Shown here: piece after piece, positions 48,793 to 58,885 of the stretch
Layout of the letters: every line of letters begins with the position of its first letter
How positions within the stretch are numbered: the stretch's first letter is position 1
DNA from: an uncultured virus (IMG/VR IMGVR_UViG_3300049448_000779)
Lineage: Duplodnaviria; Heunggongvirae; Uroviricota; Caudoviricetes
Virus record (IMG/VR): IMGVR_UViG_3300049448_000779
DNA: 64,000 nucleotides
Direction: 5' to 3' (one strand)
The notes under the pieces: generated by a model
The model's input: the letters and a program-made list of their open reading frames with translations, nothing else
The model's database searches: none
Told to the model about the DNA's origin: nothing
Program-made: the position numbers and the translations under genes

Positions 48793-49701
48793 ATGGTTAA
48801 GAGCAAGATCAAGCGCAGCAAGCTCGCGATGGACGAGCAACGCAGCACGACCTTCATGGTTGACCCCGACAAGCTGGTCGTCATCGGTTGGGACACGAAG
48901 CACAAGAGCAAGATCGAACACCCACTGTTCCAAGCGCGTGCGCTCGAAGCAATCGACGAAGTGTTGGCGCTCAACATCGCGAACCAGGGCTTCCTGAGTG
49001 TGATCTCGGTTCGGGTGGACGGCGATAAGTACGAGGTCGACGCAGGTCGACGCCGTGCAAAGGCGGCACGTCGCGCGAACGAGATCCGCCGCGAGCGGGC
49101 GAAGGCCTCGGGCGAAGATTTCATCCCGGTCAAGGTCGAATGCAAGGTCGTCAAGGGCTCCACGCTCGTTCATGTCGGGCTGATGATCTCCGAGAACGCA
49201 AACCGCAAGGACGTCGAACCCATGCAAATGGCCGAAGATCTCGCGGACTTCATTCGGCTCGGCGCCTCGGAGGAGATGGCTGCAGCTGCTGGCGGCAAGA
49301 CGGTTCCGGCGTTGCGCCAGTTCCTGAAGCTCCTCGACTTGGACCCCAAGGTTCAGGAAACGGTCTCGAGCGGCGCCCTCTCGGTCAAGGCTGCGATTCA
49401 GCTCGCCGCGTTCGGGCGAGAAGAGCAGGTTGCGGAGCTGAAGAAGATCACGGCCGGCGAGATCGGCTCGACTGTGGCGGACGTCGAAGCTCGGGTGCGC
49501 TCCAAGAAGTCGGGTGAAGACGTTTCCAAGGCTCCCGGCAGGCGCTTGATCAACAAGCTCCTCGAGAGCGACGAAGGCAAGCGAGTGCTCAGCGCGGCCG
49601 ATGGTGTTCAGGTGGTGCGTTGGATGCTCGGCGAGCTGAACGCTCGCAACGTCAAGGGCTTGGTCGAGGCGATCCGCTCGGTCGAAGGCGGTAACAAGTG
49701 A
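48793..49701 (+). CDS. ParB/Srx-domain protein
   Basis: YEVDAGRRRAKAA arginine patch, ISENANRKD, following HTH-like region. Confidence 0.85.
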   Translation: MVKSKIKRSKLAMDEQRSTTFMVDPDKLVVIGWDTKHKSKIEHPLFQARALEAIDEVLALNIANQGFLSVISVRVDGDKYEVDAGRRRAKAARRANEIRRERAKASGEDFIPVKVECKVVKGSTLVHVGLMISENANRKDVEPMQMAEDLADFIRLGASEEMAAAAGGKTVPALRQFLKLLDLDPKVQETVSSGALSVKAAIQLAAFGREEQVAELKKITAGEIGSTVADVEARVRSKKSGEDVSKAPGRRLINKLLESDEGKRVLSAADGVQVVRWMLGELNARNVKGLVEAIRSVEGGNK

Positions 49702-50378
49702 GTTCGAAGATGTACATGACGTTCACGGTCAGTAGACCCCACGGCATTCTCCTCGCGGATCCTGACGACGAGACGAGGTACATCTTGAATATTGATGGCC
49801 GTCTGCATCACGACGATTCAATCGTCGGGCATCTGCACGCAACCAAGATTGTATTGAGTGGCGCAACCAACCAGCAGCAGTCTTGGTTTGATGTCTGTGA
49901 CTACAGCCAGTCAACCCATGATGTGTACGCGGCCATGTGCGATGGCGACGACTATCGTGACTTTTTCGATGGAGGCGGCGGTGCGGATCTGCTGTACCTA
50001 GAAACGGCAGAGGTTGTTAGGCAGTTCCGTGGCCATGGCCTCGGTAGAGTGATGGTGCTCGAAACACTGAACATGTTCGAGTCCGGTTGCGGGGCCGTCG
50101 TGCTAGAGCCGCACCCGGTTCGACAAAAGGATGATGGCAGCGTAAGCAAAGAAGACAGTGGTGCACAGGGCTGGCGTGAAGCCATGGACTGGACGAAGCT
50201 AGCTCGAACGGAGGCTCAATACGAGCAAGGCGCCAAGAAACTGCAGCACTACTGGCAGAAGCTTGGCTTCAAGGCGGTGCCCAAATCCAAGCGGTTTTGG
50301 TACCGCGACTGTGCTCTCATGCCCTCAGTGGATGAAGAAGCACTCCGGAAGCCCCTCAGAGCGTTACAAGAAAGGTAG
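49698..50378 (+). CDS. GNAT-like acetyltransferase-fold protein
   Basis: FRGHGLGR motif A; LQHYWQKLGF. Confidence 0.65.
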   Translation: MSSKMYMTFTVSRPHGILLADPDDETRYILNIDGRLHHDDSIVGHLHATKIVLSGATNQQQSWFDVCDYSQSTHDVYAAMCDGDDYRDFFDGGGGADLLYLETAEVVRQFRGHGLGRVMVLETLNMFESGCGAVVLEPHPVRQKDDGSVSKEDSGAQGWREAMDWTKLARTEAQYEQGAKKLQHYWQKLGFKAVPKSKRFWYRDCALMPSVDEEALRKPLRALQER

Positions 50379-50881
50379 AGACGGCCAAAGATGAGCAATG
50401 TAGTCATCTTCTAGGAAGTGTAGTCATCATGCCTCCTCAAATGTCTGATCAAGAACGTGCGCGGGCTCTAGCCCGATTCCGCAGCCTGCGCGGCCGCGGC
50501 GGGGTCTCGGTTGCGTTCCACCCAGTGGGACCTCCGGTGCCGGCGCAGAACCCTCAGGAACTGCAGGAAGCTGCAGAACAGGCTCTGGTGAGCGCGGCGC
50601 TGGAGCAGGATCCGAGCTGAGTCATGGCAAAAAAACCATCGAGAGAATGGGTCGAACGTACCGTCGCCTACCACGAGCGAATCGCGGCCGGATTCCGTCG
50701 GAGTGCCGAGCGGGCTCGCTCGGGGCGCTCCACCATCGAAGCGGCTGTGCGGCTCGAGCGTCAGGCCATGAAGGCGGAGCACGACGCCGAGTACTACGGG
50801 CGCCTGCTCCGCGGCCGGCGCGCCAGTAAGCGCTGAGAAGCCCTCGCTTGAAGATCTGGCCAAGTCAGTTGTATCTCGACC

Positions 50882-51727
50882 ATGGCCTTCCTGCAGCCGA
50901 TGCTCGCCGCGACCATCAAGAGTGTCGCCGCGCTGCGCCTACCCCTGATCGCATCGCCAAAACTCGACGGGATCCGGTGTCTCATGCAGGGCGGCCGCGC
51001 CCTCTCTCGTACGGGCTTGCCGATTCCGAACCGCGCCGCCCGCGCCTTCCTGGAAGCCTTGCCTGCTCTGGAGGGCTGCGACGGTGAGCTGATGGTGCAC
51101 GGGTTGGCCTTCTCTGATGTGAGTTCGGTGTTCACGGCCCACCATTCTCCACTTCCGCCTGGCTGGTACTACGGGCTGTTCGATGTGCTGCCCGAGCGCG
51201 CCGGTGAGCCGTACACGAGCCGTCTCGAGCGACTCGAGACTTTGCATGCCGCGCTGCCGGCGGCGGTGCGCAAGCACGTGGTGCTGATCCCCCAGGTTGA
51301 GATCAACACCTTGGCAGAGCTGGAGGCGTTCGAGAACGCCTGTCTAGATCAAGGATTCGAGGGGGTCATGTTCCGCCGGGCGAACGCGAGCTACAAGCAC
51401 GGCCGCGTCACCATGAACGAGGCTTCCCTGATGAAGCTGAAGCGTTTCACCGACGCTGAAGCGGAGATCATCGGGTTCCAGGCCCTCGTGCGAGACAACG
51501 GCCAGGTATGCGAGCTGCTGGGCGCGTTGGTCGTCCGAGACCTGGTGAGTGGGGTCCAATTCGAGATCGGCACCGGGTACTCGCTGGACCTTCGCGACAA
51601 GTTTTGGCAGCGCCGAGCGCAACTGATGGGGGCTTGCGTCAAGTACAAGCACTTCGAGCGCGGCGCCAAACCCAAGAAGCCCCGCCACGCGGTCTTCCTC
51701 GGACTCCGCGCTCCCGAGGACAGGTAG
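50882..51727 (+). CDS. minimal ATP-dependent DNA ligase
   Basis: SPKLDGIRC, DGEL, FDV, FEGVMFR, KLKRF, IGTG, PRHAVFLGLR. Confidence 0.95.
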   Translation: MAFLQPMLAATIKSVAALRLPLIASPKLDGIRCLMQGGRALSRTGLPIPNRAARAFLEALPALEGCDGELMVHGLAFSDVSSVFTAHHSPLPPGWYYGLFDVLPERAGEPYTSRLERLETLHAALPAAVRKHVVLIPQVEINTLAELEAFENACLDQGFEGVMFRRANASYKHGRVTMNEASLMKLKRFTDAEAEIIGFQALVRDNGQVCELLGALVVRDLVSGVQFEIGTGYSLDLRDKFWQRRAQLMGACVKYKHFERGAKPKKPRHAVFLGLRAPEDR

Positions 51728-51759
51728 GGTACATTTCTACTTGTGGGTGGGGCCATTTG

Positions 51760-52353
51760 ATGGCTGGCCCTATCGCGTTTCGAGTCCTTGACCGGTTCAT
51801 CGCCCAGCGCGTCGCGCGGCGGATAGAGTCCGCAACGGACCGGGAGGCATTCGGTGTAACGGACCTTGAGAAGCTCTCCAAGATGGGGCGCTCCTTCGGG
51901 GTTATCTCGGCCTACCGGTCCAACTTGTCGAAGAAGAAGAACCAGCAGCGCCACGGCGAACTGATGGCTGACTTGCAGAAGGCAGGCCACCGCCCGCACG
52001 CGTTCAAGTCGCAGTGGGAGGACATGGCCACCGGCGTCACCCACAAGGAAAAGAGCCTCTTCGTACCCGGCATTGACTTCCGCACACTCCACGAGCTTGG
52101 GCAGAAGTACGAGCAGGACGCGATCCTGTTCAAGGACAGGAGCGGCTCGATCGGCGTCTACTTCAAGGACAACACCGCCGTCATGGCCTTCAATGACGAG
52201 GGCAAGATGGACGTCACGAAGTCCACCGATCCAGGCAAAGAGTACTCGCGCGGTCGCGGCGTGTCCTTCGGGCTCCGCCTCGTCGAGGACAAGAAGTTCC
52301 CTTTCCACGGCAAGCCAATCACGCAGCAAGACGTCGTGAACGCGCTCGCGTGA
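51760..52353 (+). CDS. DUF3293-like phage protein with N-terminal RVLDRF/RVARR tags
   Basis: FGVISAYRS...N..RH.EL..DL...EKSLFV...LGQKYEQDAIL. Confidence 0.7.
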   Translation: MAGPIAFRVLDRFIAQRVARRIESATDREAFGVTDLEKLSKMGRSFGVISAYRSNLSKKKNQQRHGELMADLQKAGHRPHAFKSQWEDMATGVTHKEKSLFVPGIDFRTLHELGQKYEQDAILFKDRSGSIGVYFKDNTAVMAFNDEGKMDVTKSTDPGKEYSRGRGVSFGLRLVEDKKFPFHGKPITQQDVVNALA

Positions 52354-52651
52354 CCAGCATCGAGTGCCATTGCAAACGCCTAACAGAGTCAACGCTCTGC
52401 CGTGAAGTAGCGCCGAATCTCGTCCCTGACCCACGCCTCGACTGAACCAAAAACGGCAGGGGCATCGGGCGAAATCAGCACCTGGCCGGCCACCTGAACA
52501 GGTGAGATCTGTTTGTCCTCGCCCTCTGAATCCACGCCGTCTTGTTCACGATTTTTGGCCATGACTGAGGTTACCTGACGTCTGTGCCAAGTGCCAAAAC
52601 CCATGTCAAATATCGTAGACTTGGGGTACCGAAATCCACTAAAGCTTGAGC

Positions 52652-52867
52652 ATGAGCCAGCGAGTTAGGCGAGTTCGACGACGGAAGGCGGGGCGGCAGC
52701 AGACCACTCCGGAGAAGCGTCAGCACCGGCTTACGGTCGCGCTAACCACGCCTGAACTGAAGAAGCTTGAAGCCGCTGTCAAGAGAATAGGTCTGCCGCG
52801 GTACCTGCTTGTGCGCTGGATGGTCACCGAACATCCGATTCCGAGGCCTCCGATTCGGAAGCGATAG
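52652..52867 (+). CDS. small basic RHH-like protein
   Basis: RLTVALTTPELKKLEAAVKRIGLPRYLLVR. Confidence 0.5.
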   Translation: MSQRVRRVRRRKAGRQQTTPEKRQHRLTVALTTPELKKLEAAVKRIGLPRYLLVRWMVTEHPIPRPPIRKR

Positions 52868-53138
52868 AGACCGCGGTTTGGTACCGTTAAAGCTAGCTAT
52901 CGACGCCGTATATCCACCGGATTGCGCACCGCTCTGGCATCCATTCGAGGAACGTGCCGCCCTTATGCTGCATGATTCGGAGTACCGGATCTCGGGCAAA
53001 CTGACGCCGCAATCAACGCGTTAGTTGCGCTAGCTCGCCCCGGTCTGGTGCCAGCTTCAGATGCGAGAATCCTTCATTGCCACACGTCAGTATCGCGCAA
53101 CACCCGGGTTTCTGGGTGTACGGTTCAAGGGCATTTCG

Positions 53139-53567
53139 ATGGGCTATACGTACGACAATCGACCGCGCAAAGCCGCCACGGACAAAGACCAAGACGACCC
53201 CCTCGAGACCTTGATCAGCCTGATTGGCGACGCCCTTACGGCCGCCGACGAGGTCATTTCACCGCTGGAGCGAGACGCCGAGACCGACTTGGACGACGCT
53301 CGAAAGCATGCGCGAGCAGTACGTGACGATTTCAGTACGGCCGAATCCGTCGAGAAGCTTGAGGACTTCTTCGTCAACATCCGGGAGGCCCGGAAGAACG
53401 TTGGGCTCCTCGAAGCGGCTCTGAGGAAGGCCAAGTTGGACGCCAAAAGGAACGATGACAGCGCCGCAGTGGAGGCCGTAGAGGACGCCGTCGACGCGCT
53501 CAGGGCCGTCAAGCGAGAGCTGTCGGACATCGAGAGCGAGATCAAGGAAGTGGAATCGGGCGAATGA
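53139..53567 (+). CDS. acidic coiled-coil hypothetical protein
   Basis: MGYTYDNRPRKAA...; helical; GGTGTA at 53115. Confidence 0.6.
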   Translation: MGYTYDNRPRKAATDKDQDDPLETLISLIGDALTAADEVISPLERDAETDLDDARKHARAVRDDFSTAESVEKLEDFFVNIREARKNVGLLEAALRKAKLDAKRNDDSAAVEAVEDAVDALRAVKRELSDIESEIKEVESGE

Positions 53568-53575
53568 ATGGCTAG

Positions 53576-53604
53576 GTTTAGCCAGGCATAGACCCTGGCT
53601 AAAC
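53576..53604. terminator. hairpin between convergent genes
   Basis: GTTTAGCCAGG-CATAGAC-CCTGGCTAAAC. Confidence 0.7.
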
Positions 53605-53635
53605 GGTCAGAATAAGTCCCATTCGCCCCGGGGAG

Positions 53636-53833
53636 CTACCGGCTTTGCAGCCCCTCCTCGAGCAGCCGGCGTACCTCGCGCTCGTGAATGCGGCGCCGAT
53701 TGCCAACGCGCTTGTATTGGATCTCTCCGCGGTCCATGGCGCGTGCGATGGACTTCAGGCCACACCCGAGGCGCGTGGCGACCTCGGTCGGGGTGCACAG
53801 TCTGTGGAGTGGTTCAACCGTCGTGGTTTGCAT
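53636..53833 (-). CDS. excisionase-like HTH (MerR/HTH_17) protein
   Basis: LCTPTEVATRLGCGLKSIARAMDRGEIQYKRVGNRRRI. Confidence 0.85.
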   Translation of the reverse strand: MQTTTVEPLHRLCTPTEVATRLGCGLKSIARAMDRGEIQYKRVGNRRRIHEREVRRLLEEGLQSR

Positions 53834-53912
53834 CTCCGCCTCTACACCAAAAGTGTGTCGACGGAATCCTAGTCCCTGCCGCCCCTCGGCGGGCCTGTCA
53901 CGACCTCGGTGG

Positions 53913-54213
53913 GGTCACCCAAAAATGGTCACTTATTTGCTTACTTTTGAGATTACCAATGTAATCGATATCAATCCCAAGTTATTGAATCTATTCAGAT
54001 TTTGCACCCAAAAATGGGTATGTTACTTTCGGCTTAGAAGGCCGCTCATATATTTTTTGGCGCGTTTGTCCCCAAGCGGTAGAAGCGAATGATTCCGTAC
54101 ATTTAGCAGCGCAAACCAGTGTAATAGTTCGCTCGGGCTACATGTAACCTTCCGCCGAGAACGGTCCCAGGGCGTCCTGGACAGACCCTGTGGGTTACTT
54201 TATGGTCACTTTT
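53913..54213. other. putative att region with arm-type-like direct repeats
   Basis: AT-rich; CACCCAAAAATGG at 53916 and 54005; GGTYACTTT-like units at ~53927, 53939, 54021, 54193, 54204. Confidence 0.55.
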
Positions 54214-54239
54214 CCGGCCCAGCCCAGGGACAGATCGAC

Positions 54240-55724
54240 ATGGCAGACAAGCGGCAGAAAACCGACCACCCCGGCGTTTTCATCTTTCCGCCAATCGGTA
54301 CCAACAAGTCGTATCGATTGGCTTGGAAGGAGCCGGACGACCCGAATCCAAACCCACGGCACCGGACGACGCGTACCCTTACGGAGCTGGAAGGCGGTAC
54401 CGGCAATACTGAAAGCAAGCGAAGGGCACGCACTGCTGCCGCCGTGAAGCTCTACAAAGATCTGATAGTGCGTACCAAGGACCTCGCTCGTACCAAGGTT
54501 CAACAGCGTCCGGAGAACGAGGCATTGGGCGCTATCTTCGACAAGTTCTTCGTCACTGACACCGCCCCTGGGAACAAAGTGGGGGCCGCCGCCAAACTGG
54601 CGCCGAAGACGCGGATCTTGTACCGCCGCGCATGCGATTGCCTTTTGGCCTGGTGCACGGGACAGAAAGTCGAGCGGCGTTCCGACTTTACCGGGAGCGT
54701 TTTGACGCAATACCTACCGGCGTTACAGACAGCAAAGAAGCTCGTTCCGAACGCCGGTGGAAAAGTTGGCCAGCTGATCCAGTCAACGGAAGCGCGCAGC
54801 ACTGCAACCGGGAACAAGGACATACGTGCCCTCAAAACGGTGCTTCGATGGCTGAGCAGGGCGGGGTATATCGACGTTGCTCTTGACGATATCTCCACAG
54901 CGCTCACGCAGGACGCGACCGATCCCGATAAGAATCCGCTCACCCAGGCGCAGATACGTCAACTGCTAAACGCGTGCGCGAGGCATGACGACGCCATCCT
55001 TAAACCGGACGAGCGCCGACGCCATCCGCACGACGGCAAGTACCCGCCCATCACACAATTGGTGAAGTTCGAGCTGACCGGGGGGATCCGAATCCAGGAG
55101 CTTTGGGTTCGGAAGGACACCGTCCGTAGCGGGCCAAAGCGTACCGTTTTGATCGGCACGGATGTACTCGACGAGCAGATCAATGTCCCCGCCTCAGTGT
55201 CGAAAACACGTAAAGACCGGCTGGTCGAATTCTACGTTAGTGAGTACCTGCAAGAGCACGCTAAGGAGTTATCGAAGGCGGGATTGTCGCCGTTATTCGA
55301 CCTGACGGAAGATGAAATCAAGGGCGCCCGGAAGCGATTGATCAAGAAGTTCGGTGCTCCTAAATTCACGTGGCGGTCATTGCGGCAGACGTGCGCGACG
55401 TACCTAGTATGCGCTCCTGGAATCTGGGGCGGTGCGTCGGAGAAGATGGCCGCGTCACAGCTCGGACATGGCATACAGGTCAACCGCGCATACTACGCGG
55501 GCGTGCTCAAGATTGACCCCAAAGCCCGTACCATCGACCAGGCAATGGGTATCGTGCCAATCCCTAAAGAGACCCCGGCGGAGGTACCAATCGCGCCGGG
55601 CAAGAGCGAGGATGAGTTGCTGCTTGCCACCATTACCCAAGCAATGACTGCGTCGCAGTGGGACTTGGCCGGCAAGCTCACCGACGTATTGCGCTCTCGC
55701 CGTGAGAGCAAAACCGACCCTTGA
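54240..55724 (+). CDS. tyrosine recombinase/integrase
   Basis: GGIRIQEL (R), SKT (K), WRSLRQT (HxxR variant), LGH, YY. Confidence 0.85.
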   Translation: MADKRQKTDHPGVFIFPPIGTNKSYRLAWKEPDDPNPNPRHRTTRTLTELEGGTGNTESKRRARTAAAVKLYKDLIVRTKDLARTKVQQRPENEALGAIFDKFFVTDTAPGNKVGAAAKLAPKTRILYRRACDCLLAWCTGQKVERRSDFTGSVLTQYLPALQTAKKLVPNAGGKVGQLIQSTEARSTATGNKDIRALKTVLRWLSRAGYIDVALDDISTALTQDATDPDKNPLTQAQIRQLLNACARHDDAILKPDERRRHPHDGKYPPITQLVKFELTGGIRIQELWVRKDTVRSGPKRTVLIGTDVLDEQINVPASVSKTRKDRLVEFYVSEYLQEHAKELSKAGLSPLFDLTEDEIKGARKRLIKKFGAPKFTWRSLRQTCATYLVCAPGIWGGASEKMAASQLGHGIQVNRAYYAGVLKIDPKARTIDQAMGIVPIPKETPAEVPIAPGKSEDELLLATITQAMTASQWDLAGKLTDVLRSRRESKTDP

Positions 55725-55760
55725 GCGGGGCAGCCATGGTCTGGTACCCTCCCGCGCCGT

Positions 55761-55837
55761 GCGCCCGTAGCTCAGCTGGATAGAGCGCCAGCCTTCTAAG
55801 CTGGACGTCGCAGGTTCGAGTCCTGCCGGGTGCGCCA
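55761..55837 (+). tRNA. tRNA-Arg(UCU)
   Basis: GCGCCCG acceptor, CCAGC-CTTCTAA-GCTGG anticodon arm, GTTCGAGTC T-loop, encoded CCA. Confidence 0.96.
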
Positions 55838-55937
55838 TCGTTCAAACATGCCCACCGGTGGCGGGTTGCGCGGCCCCAGAAATGTGCGAATGCATACACC
55901 GTTGAAGCGCTCCTATTGACACACCAGGGAGAACACA

Positions 55938-56165
55938 TTGGCACGTCCCAAAAAGCCCGATACCACCGGAATGGATCCCATGACTGCGGCCATCCTGACG
56001 GGCCTCAAGCCCCATATTGATGAGGCCGTTCGAGACCAGTTCGCGACTATCTTGCTCGAGGTGCTCGCAAAGGTTGCCCCAGATAGGCTGGCTAAAACGG
56101 TCCAAACTTCTGCGCCTGAAGCGCTGCCATCTCCCCCGACCACGGGGAAAAAGGGCGGCGCGTAG
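55938..56165 (+). CDS. small hypothetical protein
   Basis: GGGAG RBS; MARPKKP start (TTG). Confidence 0.5.
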   Translation: MARPKKPDTTGMDPMTAAILTGLKPHIDEAVRDQFATILLEVLAKVAPDRLAKTVQTSAPEALPSPPTTGKKGGA

Positions 56166-56576
56166 TCAGGTTTGGTGGAGCGACAGCCGAGCGCCCCTGA
56201 CCGCGTTCATCCAACGTTCCAGAAGCTGCAGGAATCTAAAGTGCGCCGCTGGGTATCCCTCCGGATGTTCCATCACCCAGTGGAACACCGCGTTGAACCA
56301 ATCTGCGCTCGAGCCAAAAGCATCGAAGGACAAGATGCCAGCGTACACCGTAATGCTCTCGACCTCCTCCGACTTGGGTACGAATAAACCGCTGCACCGG
56401 ATGGCGGCCACGAAAGCCGGATGCTCGCCATCGGCTGCAGCTTGATCGGCGAGCTTTTCCCAGGCGCTGTCCCGCACGACCGTCTTCGGTCGAACCGCGT
56501 ACGTGTCAAAGAATGAACCGGTGCCTGACTCATCGATGAACTTGTAGATAAACCGCTGACGTTCTGGTTCCATCAT
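56166..56576 (-). CDS. hypothetical protein
   Basis: ORF track. Confidence 0.5.
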   Translation of the reverse strand: MMEPERQRFIYKFIDESGTGSFFDTYAVRPKTVVRDSAWEKLADQAAADGEHPAFVAAIRCSGLFVPKSEEVESITVYAGILSFDAFGSSADWFNAVFHWVMEHPEGYPAAHFRFLQLLERWMNAVRGARLSLHQT

Positions 56577-56660
56577 CCAGGCCTTTCGCTGGGTTGGCCA
56601 GTCGAGGGTTTATCTCCCCTGACCCGAGCATGCACGTCGCCCTAAGCCACGATGCGGTGC

Positions 56661-57158
56661 CTATGGCTGCTTCCCCCGGTGAGCCCGCGCACGCATACGT
56701 GTGACCTTGGGCTCGGCGGCTATCCCTAAGGCGGCGCACGTGCTTTCCATTACCTCGCGGCGGATGAATCCGGACTCCACCAACCACACGAGGGAACTTG
56801 CTGACCACGCGTCGAATCCTGGCTTGAACGCAATCGTACGTGGCCTGGACGTGTCGCCATTTCTGTAAAGGAGCGTCGTGAAACAGGCTCCGAGCCACAA
56901 GCATTCCTCGTTGTTCAGGACGTACGGGAATGCGATGTCAGCTTCGAGAAGATGTTCCACTTTGTACGTGGTGACTTTCTCCCAGCCCAAATCACCACCG
57001 GCAACGTGGATTCCCTGATCGTCTTGCCAGCACACCCACTGCTCGCCATAGATGTTCTCGAAATACGACTTGAAGCTGATGTCTGGTGATTCGACGTCTG
57101 GGGGGTTTCCACAGCTCGGAGCGTGCCTATTGTGAGCCGCAAAGAAAGGCTTGTTCAT
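56661..57158 (-). CDS. hypothetical protein
   Basis: NRH..SCG.PP, YFENIYGEQWV, GGDLGWE motifs. Confidence 0.65.
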   Translation of the reverse strand: MNKPFFAAHNRHAPSCGNPPDVESPDISFKSYFENIYGEQWVCWQDDQGIHVAGGDLGWEKVTTYKVEHLLEADIAFPYVLNNEECLWLGACFTTLLYRNGDTSRPRTIAFKPGFDAWSASSLVWLVESGFIRREVMESTCAALGIAAEPKVTRMRARAHRGKQP

Positions 57159-57214
57159 TTTGGGACCGGTCCTTTCGGCAAAAGCCCAGAATCTTGTTCG
57201 ATGAAGCCTAGTGC

Positions 57215-57874
57215 TTAGGTTGCAGAGCGACGGTTCTTGAGCATCTCGGTTTGCGCTTCGTGGCGTGAAAGCACCGCCGCCGCTATCTCAATTCCATGTG
57301 GTTCAGCGACGCGCCAGGTGCCTCTCGACAGCGCGACAAAAGTATTCCGCTTCACCAACTCGCCTTTGGCGTTCCGTTGAGGGCCACCGGATCCGTCGAG
57401 AACATTGTGCCTGCTCTTGCTCAGAACTTGCGCGAGATTGGGAACTAAAATCTCCAGCGCTTTCAACTCCGACCGGATCTCGTCAAGCGTCAGGAAGCGA
57501 TCGCCAAGTACGTACTTCAATTTCGCGGCCGCTGTCATCTTGACCAACTCACGAGGCAACATCTTCATTCGAAGGGGTGACGTCTTGGCAGCTAGGGAAG
57601 GCACAAGCTGCAAGGATCTACCAGACGCCGTGTCTACTGCTTTAGGCTCGGCCGTGCCCAGGGTTTCTGCAAACGTTTGTTGAAACCCCACGCGCTGCCG
57701 CTGCAGCTGGAGCAGAGCTTCTTTTGCAGCCTCGCATTCACCCTGCGCGAGGCGCAGGGTTTCTTCGGCCTCTGTGACACGACGGGCCGCGTTGTTTTCG
57801 TCTTGCTCTAGTGCTGTGGCAAACTCTTGAACCCGTGCGGGTGTCATCACTTGGGTGCGCTCGTTTGTTGTCAT
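57215..57874 (-). CDS. coiled-coil plus HARE-HTH-like winged-helix protein
   Basis: LTLDEIRSEL...LSKS...TFVALSRGTWRVA. Confidence 0.55.
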   Translation of the reverse strand: MTTNERTQVMTPARVQEFATALEQDENNAARRVTEAEETLRLAQGECEAAKEALLQLQRQRVGFQQTFAETLGTAEPKAVDTASGRSLQLVPSLAAKTSPLRMKMLPRELVKMTAAAKLKYVLGDRFLTLDEIRSELKALEILVPNLAQVLSKSRHNVLDGSGGPQRNAKGELVKRNTFVALSRGTWRVAEPHGIEIAAAVLSRHEAQTEMLKNRRSAT

Positions 57875-58051
57875 GGGTGCGCTCCTAGGGTTGAAATGTA
57901 AGCCCCGCATTATCGATCCAGAAGGCTAGTTGTCAATTTGGTCAACACGGGACTAGGGTTGCCTAAACCAATGTCCCCATGCGGGGACATTCAGCGTTGA
58001 TTCAAAAACCACTCGACAACCGAAGCTCTCTGGAAATAGAGTACTGTTTCC

Positions 58052-58852
58052 ATGATCCGATACACCTTCAACGCAAGTGCTAGACCCTACCCCCCGCTCA
58101 ATCCGGTCTTTAGCTATTTTGGGTCCAAGTGGAACCACGTCGGTAGCGGGAAATACCCTGCTCCTCTACATCCTCTGATCATCGAGCCCTTCGCCGGCTC
58201 GGCGTGCTACTCCCTACATTACCACTGGAACAGGGTCATCTTGGTCGACATCAACCCGACCATCATCGAGATCTGGAACTATCTCAAGAGGGTCGACGAG
58301 ACCCTCTACGATTTGCCAGACAAATTGACGTGTGTGCCCGCCGACCTCGAACCAGGTGCGCAGGCACTCATTGGGTTTTGGTTAGCTCGGGCTGCTTCCA
58401 GTCCGCGTCAAACGGCATCACCTTGGATAGAGCGGTACCCAAAGTCAGGGTGGCGCCCAGAAATCAAGCGACGTCTCGTACAACAGGCGCCCTATATCCA
58501 GCACTGGGGGATCCTTCCCGGGACGTATCGCTCCTTCTCCGACAACATCGAGGCGACGTGGTTTATTGACGCACCCTATCAATTTCGCCCCCGCAGCTAT
58601 AAGCACTCGAACATCGATTACAGGGACCTCGCCGACTTTGTCCTCACGCGGCGTGGTCAAGTGATCGTCTGTGAAGGCGGTCCAGCAAACTGGCTGCCCT
58701 TTGAGCCGCTCGCCCCAGGCCGAAAGAAAACGAGTGGCGCAAAGGGTGACATCGGTCTCGACGAGGTTTGGTGGTACAGGAAAACAACCAAATCGAACAG
58801 CAGGAGACACATCATGACTGATCCCAAGACACCCACTCTCGAAGCGACGTAA
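58052..58852 (+). CDS. DNA adenine methyltransferase (D12/Dam-like), DAPY variant
   Basis: FSYFGSKW, IEPFAGSA, LVDIN, FIDAPY. Confidence 0.85.
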   Translation: MIRYTFNASARPYPPLNPVFSYFGSKWNHVGSGKYPAPLHPLIIEPFAGSACYSLHYHWNRVILVDINPTIIEIWNYLKRVDETLYDLPDKLTCVPADLEPGAQALIGFWLARAASSPRQTASPWIERYPKSGWRPEIKRRLVQQAPYIQHWGILPGTYRSFSDNIEATWFIDAPYQFRPRSYKHSNIDYRDLADFVLTRRGQVIVCEGGPANWLPFEPLAPGRKKTSGAKGDIGLDEVWWYRKTTKSNSRRHIMTDPKTPTLEAT

Positions 58853-58885
58853 CAATAAAACCAGCTGAATCAAAGAGGTCACCCC

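Noticed and set aside
51391..52434. Long antisense ORFs (also 32260-33210, 29192-29923, 22418-23080)
   Set aside because: Shadow frames opposite well-supported genes in GC-rich DNA
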